DNA of 64,000 bases from positions 629,947 to 693,946 of the forward strand of contig OZ245334.1 of assembly GCA_965226165.1 (NCBI GenBank), in the 5' to 3' direction. The notes under the pieces were generated by a model that was given only the letters and a program-made list of their open reading frames with translations, was not told the origin of the DNA and made no database searches. Shown here one piece after another: positions 59,501 through 64,000 of the stretch. The position numbers were made by a program, and so were the translations under genes. Every line of letters starts with the position of its first letter. The first letter of the stretch is position 1. Origin of the DNA: Mycoplasmatales bacterium. Its GTDB lineage: Bacteria; Bacillota_I; Bacilli_A; CBDATW01.

Positions 59501-62500
59501 ATTTTCAATGTAATACCTAAATTTTTTTAAATCCATCATTGACAATATTTCTAACATTTTATCCTGATCTTGATGGGCTTCAATCAATTCTTTTCAACTA
59601 TATTTGTCTTCTCTAAAAGAAAATTCTTGATTTATACCATGAAGATTATCAAAAGCATAGGGCGTATAACCTTCTGGGAAAAAAAGACCATCACCAGTGG
59701 GATATTTGTATCCCCATAGTTTTTTACTAGAAATAAAATTAGCATCAATATGATTAAAATAAGTTATTTTTTGATTAACAATGGCATTTTTATTTGTTGT
59801 TTTAACATCTAATTGATCAAGAATTTTTAAAGGATCATATTCTCTATTTTTTCACAAAGTATAAACTTTTTTTCAAAATGTACTTTTAATTCGGTTTTTT
59901 CACAAACTATAGCGCTCACTCATTAGGTTGCTATGATAAGAATAAGTTCTTAAAAAAGGATTAATAACATATTTAACATAGCTTAAAAAGTTTTTAACAA
60001 ACGCCTTTGGTTGAATAAATGTTTTATCTTCTTTTTCACCAAAACGATAAAAAATTTCTTCTAGTCAAGATCAGTCAGGCTTCTTTATTCGATAATGGCT
60101 AAGAGCACCATTTTTATGTTCTGGAATATATGAATTATAAGATAAATACCTAGTGTTATGGCCTCACTCAATTTTTGTTTGCATATTTTGTCAATTGAAA
60201 TATTCATAAGGATTATTAATACTTTGATCAAAGTTCTTATATAGTTCACTTAAAAAACTTTTACCCCAGTTTTGTGAACTACTAAATGATTTTGCAAAAT
60301 CATTTTGATTAACCATTGATTCATCTTTAATACTAATGATTTGGGGTATTAACCAAGCATAAAACTCTCTCTTATATTGGGGATTATCTGATAATAACAC
60401 ATCCCCACTTCCACCAATTCATTTAGCAATTTCTTTTCTTAATTCACCATGCTTTCGCTTTTGTTCAAAGCTTGTTGGTGAATTAAATTTAGTTTGCCAA
60501 TTTGTTAAATCATCTTGATAAGAGCTTGAATTTTGGTATTCATTTTTCAAATATTTTAATGATGTTTTTTCTCAATCTTGATAATATTTGTCATAATTTG
60601 AAAAAGATTTAATATCATTTAATCAATCGCTTTTAGTTAGTGTTGCTTTAAAATTAGCAAAAGCCTTTTTATAAGAATTAGCAAACTCAATATTTTTGTA
60701 TTTTTTTTCCAATAATGATTTCTTATAAACATTTTCTAAAATATATAAATTATTAGATTCTTGTTTTCAATTATCAAAATATTGGTTTAAAAATATTGAA
60801 TCTTTTCATTGGTCTTTGGTTAAAAATGAATTAGCATTTTTATAATCTTCATATGCTTTTGCATATTGGGGAGAATTTCTTCAAAGAGTCTTTAATTCTT
60901 CTTCATTTTCTTGGCTCCACTTTAAAAATTCAGCATTTGAATAATCAATATTTTTTTGATTTGAGATTCACCGATTCATTTGGGTTTGAAAAATAGGTTC
61001 ACTTTCCCATTTAGCTTTTAATAAATTAAAATTCTTTGCTTTTCAAATACTAAAATCAAAATCACTAACACCACTTTTTGCAACAATATAATCTTGCAAT
61101 TTTTGGTCATAACCATTGTTTGAAGAATCCTTTTTTCAAAGATTAAAACGCAGATTACGACTATTATTAAATTCTTGATGTTTAGTTCAATCCAAAAAAG
61201 CTTGATTAGAAACATTTTGGTTAGACCATTGCTCTTTTGACAAAGTAGGAACATTTTGTTTTTGCAATCATTTGTTTTTAAAATCACTTAATTGATTATT
61301 ATCAAAATCACTTTTTAATAAATTATTTCCCTCTTGATTCATTCACTTTTTAAACTCTTCATTAAAAGAATGGTCATTTCTAATTTGACCATCTTGGTGA
61401 TTGCTATTTTGAAACCAATAATTAAGATTAGTTTTATTCTTTGTTTTATCATCTATTCATTTTTCCTGAGAATTTTGAAAATTAAAATCTCCTTTGTTAG
61501 TTTTTTTTCATTCATTTTTAATTTTAATATGAGAATTATTTTTTCAACTATTGTAATAACTATTAACAAAAGGAGAGGCTAGTCATTGGGTCTTGGTTCT
61601 TTTGCCTTTAGCATTCAATCAACTATTTTTTTTACTTAAATAATCATTGTCAAAATTTGATTCTCATTTGTTTTTTAAAAAACTATAATGATTAGTAGTT
61701 TTTCAATTTTCATATTCCTGATTTCAAAAAACTTCATTATTTTTTCAATTAGCAAAACTTTGTTTTTTTGGCCCTTCATTAATTCAAGCACCAACCCTTG
61801 CTTCATAATCATCTTTACCATCACTTTTTCATAGATGGACTAATTGGTTTTTTAAAGAAGGTCTTTTAACTCAAGTTTGAAAATGACTTTGACCATCCAA
61901 AGTATTTAATCATTGCTTTTTTGAAATTGATTCAAAAGTTTTATCGTTAGATTCAATTCATGTTTTTAAACTATTTTGATAATGGTTGGTGTTTTTATAT
62001 CAATGATTTAAAATAGATAACTTTTTAGTATTGACTCATTTTTGAAATTGAGTCCTTCCTTCACTAATCTCTACTCAATCTTTTACCTTATGGTTTTGAG
62101 AATTAATTCAATTAGTTTTTGCATCTAAAAAATTATTAGCACCACTTGTTGTTTTTTTGAAACCATAATTTTCATCATCACTAACTTTTTTTAAATTTTG
62201 TGCTTCCTTAATTCAATTATTATAAAACGAGTTACTATAATCATTGCTTAACCAATTTTCATAACTCATTTTATTAACTTTTTTTCAATTATTAAATTTT
62301 TGTTGATAATCATCACTTTTTATAAAAAGGTTTTTTCCATCACTTTTAAAAGCAGCACTAGTTTTATAACTTTTAAAATTTTCTAGCCAAAAACTTTGAT
62401 CTTTTTTTCAATGATCAAAAGTTCTTTTGCTTTGGTGCTTACCCTTTTTTAAAAAAACATTAACTTTAGTTTCATAATCTTGGGTATTTTTTCAGTTATT

Positions 62501-63289
62501 AAGTAAATCTTGATTATCTACTTGTTTTAAAAGTCATTTATTGTAACTTTTCTTTCCATAAATTTCTTCTCATTTTTCCATTGTTGGTTTTTGATTTTTT
62601 TTTGTCACCCATTTTTTTTGTTCTTGACTAAAAGCATCACTTTTTTTTCAAGCATTTAACAATAAAAGATTTTTTTCAGGTTTTAAAATCCATTCCTTGT
62701 GTAAATCTTTAGCATCCTTTGTGTCAATTCAAAAGTCTTTTGTTCTTTTTTTTGGGCCACTAGATATTCAATTATTCATTGTGCTTAAAATTGGTAGATT
62801 TTCTTGCCTTGCTTTTTGCAAGTAATGAGCTCCCAAAGGTTTTTGCCCTTCAGGTAAATTTTTTCAAGAAGCAAAATACTGAGTCGTTTTATCTTTTTTT
62901 AGCATCCACTTTCTTCAACTTTGAATGCTATCTTTTTGACTTTTGGCTCATCTATTTAAATACTCATCAAATCGATCATCCTTTTGAAACTCAGCAGTCA
63001 AAACCTTTAAGGCTTCAGGAGATTTTTTCCATGTCTCAAAAGCTTTTGTTGCCTCACTAGTTTGAAATCATTGGTCAAAAGTTATATTTCTATTATTAAA
63101 ACTCGAAGTAATTTTATCGACTAAAGATTGTGGTTTTTTAGTTTCTTGAATTTTAGAATCTTTTTTTTCATTATCTATTTTTTGTTCTTGTAAACCCAAA
63201 AAAAGTGAATTATCCATAAGATAAAAAGAACTTATCCCCATTGTTAAAAATGTCACCATTCCTAGGTTATTTTTATTGTTTCTTCTCAT
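56579..63289 (-). CDS. giant Trp-rich secreted/surface protein (~2,236 codons)
   Basis: Track fragments 63068.., 60191.., 59213.. and 58901.. all share the frame of the ATG at 63289 and the TAA at 56579 (6711 nt). I translated 63289..60360 codon by codon. It was open except for one doubtful 60-nt stretch (62101..62160). 60360..56579 was translated only quickly. The N-terminal anchor is LGMVTFLTMGISSFYL. Confidence 0.6.
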
Positions 63290-63390
63290 TAATAATAATT
63301 TTTTTACACTTCACCTTCAAAATCTTATCTAATAGATTATATTATCATTTTTGTGGTTTTTTACAAGACAAAAAAACTGATAAAACAATT

Positions 63391-64000
63391 TTATTTTGTT
63401 TCAATTAAAGCATATTTTTCAAAATTTATTTTTTCATTTTTTGTTGCCAAATATGCTTCTTCTTTAATTAAATCAATCACAATTGCATCATTTTTTAAAA
63501 TAATGCTTTCTTTTAAAACTGTTATTACATAATCTAAAAATTGATAACTTAAAGGATTTTTGGAAATAAATGTTGGTTGATAATCATGGTTTTTTAAACA
63601 CTGTAATGATTTTTTAATATGCAAAGGGCGCAATTTATTATTTTCTAAACAATTAAAGTCATAAAAACAATAAGTAATATCTGATGGTTGTTGGATTTCT
63701 AAAATTTTTGAGTTTTGTCCAACGCTATGAATTAAACCAGCTGGAACATTAATAACATCATTAACCTTAGGAACAATTTTTATTAATAAATCTTCAATTT
63801 TATTTGCTTTAATCTTTTCTAAAATTTTTTGATGATCATAAGTCTTGATCCCAACCACAAATTCACTATTTTTTTAGCTTCTAAAATAAATCATGATTCA
63901 CTTTTTCTATTTTATTCTTTTTCTAATTTTCAAGCCAACTTATCATCAGGGTGAACCTGGATAGAAAGAGGATTTTTAACATAAATAATTTTAACTAAAG
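63391..64000 (-). pseudogene. manA: class I mannose-6-phosphate isomerase, disrupted (5' end beyond window)
   Basis: LSIQVHPDDKLAWKLEKE is followed by an in-frame TAA (63912..63914), then NRKSESWFILEAKK. A frame change at an A7 run (63869..63875) leads into track ORF 63391..63858 (..VPAGLIHSVG..). Confidence 0.55.

Noticed and set aside
62101-62160. In-frame TAG (62126..62128) within the giant ORF.
   Set aside because: The frame is the same on both sides. A plausible peptide (..FKKTTSGANNFLDAKTNWINS..) appears in the neighbouring frame for exactly this stretch. At 40141..40200 my hand indexing also disagreed with the supplied ORF track by 1 nt. I therefore treat this as a probable reading artefact, flagged in the finding rather than called as a disruption.

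Overview
Very AT-rich Mollicutes-type chromosome segment spanning the replication origin (rpmH-rnpA-yidC | oriC | dnaA-dnaN-gyrB-gyrA-serS). UGA must be read as Trp. pyrG, argS, gltX, gyrB, serS, dnaX, ychF, ftsH and many other conserved genes are broken into pieces in the standard-code ORF track. They become single in-frame ORFs only when TGA = W, so I joined track fragments by frame arithmetic and hand translation. Hand-derived ends may be off by a few nt. About 45 housekeeping genes are present, in a gene order that resembles the Mycoplasma pneumoniae-group (gyrB-gyrA-serS...tmk-holB), plus one SRP RNA. I saw no rRNA, tRNA, CRISPR array, integrase or transposase. Three accessory regions stand out. 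(1) 10.4-17.0 kb, between rsmA and tatD, holds two paralogous Trp-rich secreted proteins and a BcgI-like type IIB R-M pair. The R-M promoter spacer is a (TA)9 tract. An HNH nuclease gene there is switched off by a poly(C)9 tract. (2) 34.9-45.4 kb is a defence island with no mobility genes. It carries an orphan GHKL-ATPase/Z1/HNH triad with no Dcm or Vsr nearby. It also carries a frameshifted AAA_13-like ABC ATPase, a standalone ImmA/IrrE-type Zn-peptidase paired with a coiled-coil multi-TM protein, and an ABC-ATPase plus DUF4276/Toprim-like pair. (3) 56.6-63.3 kb appears to be one ~2,236-codon Trp-rich secreted protein gene with dozens of UGA codons, which is almost invisible in the ORF track. 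The last three modules of island 2 and the giant protein are my best candidates for uncharacterised biology. All family names come from motif recognition by eye, not from searches.
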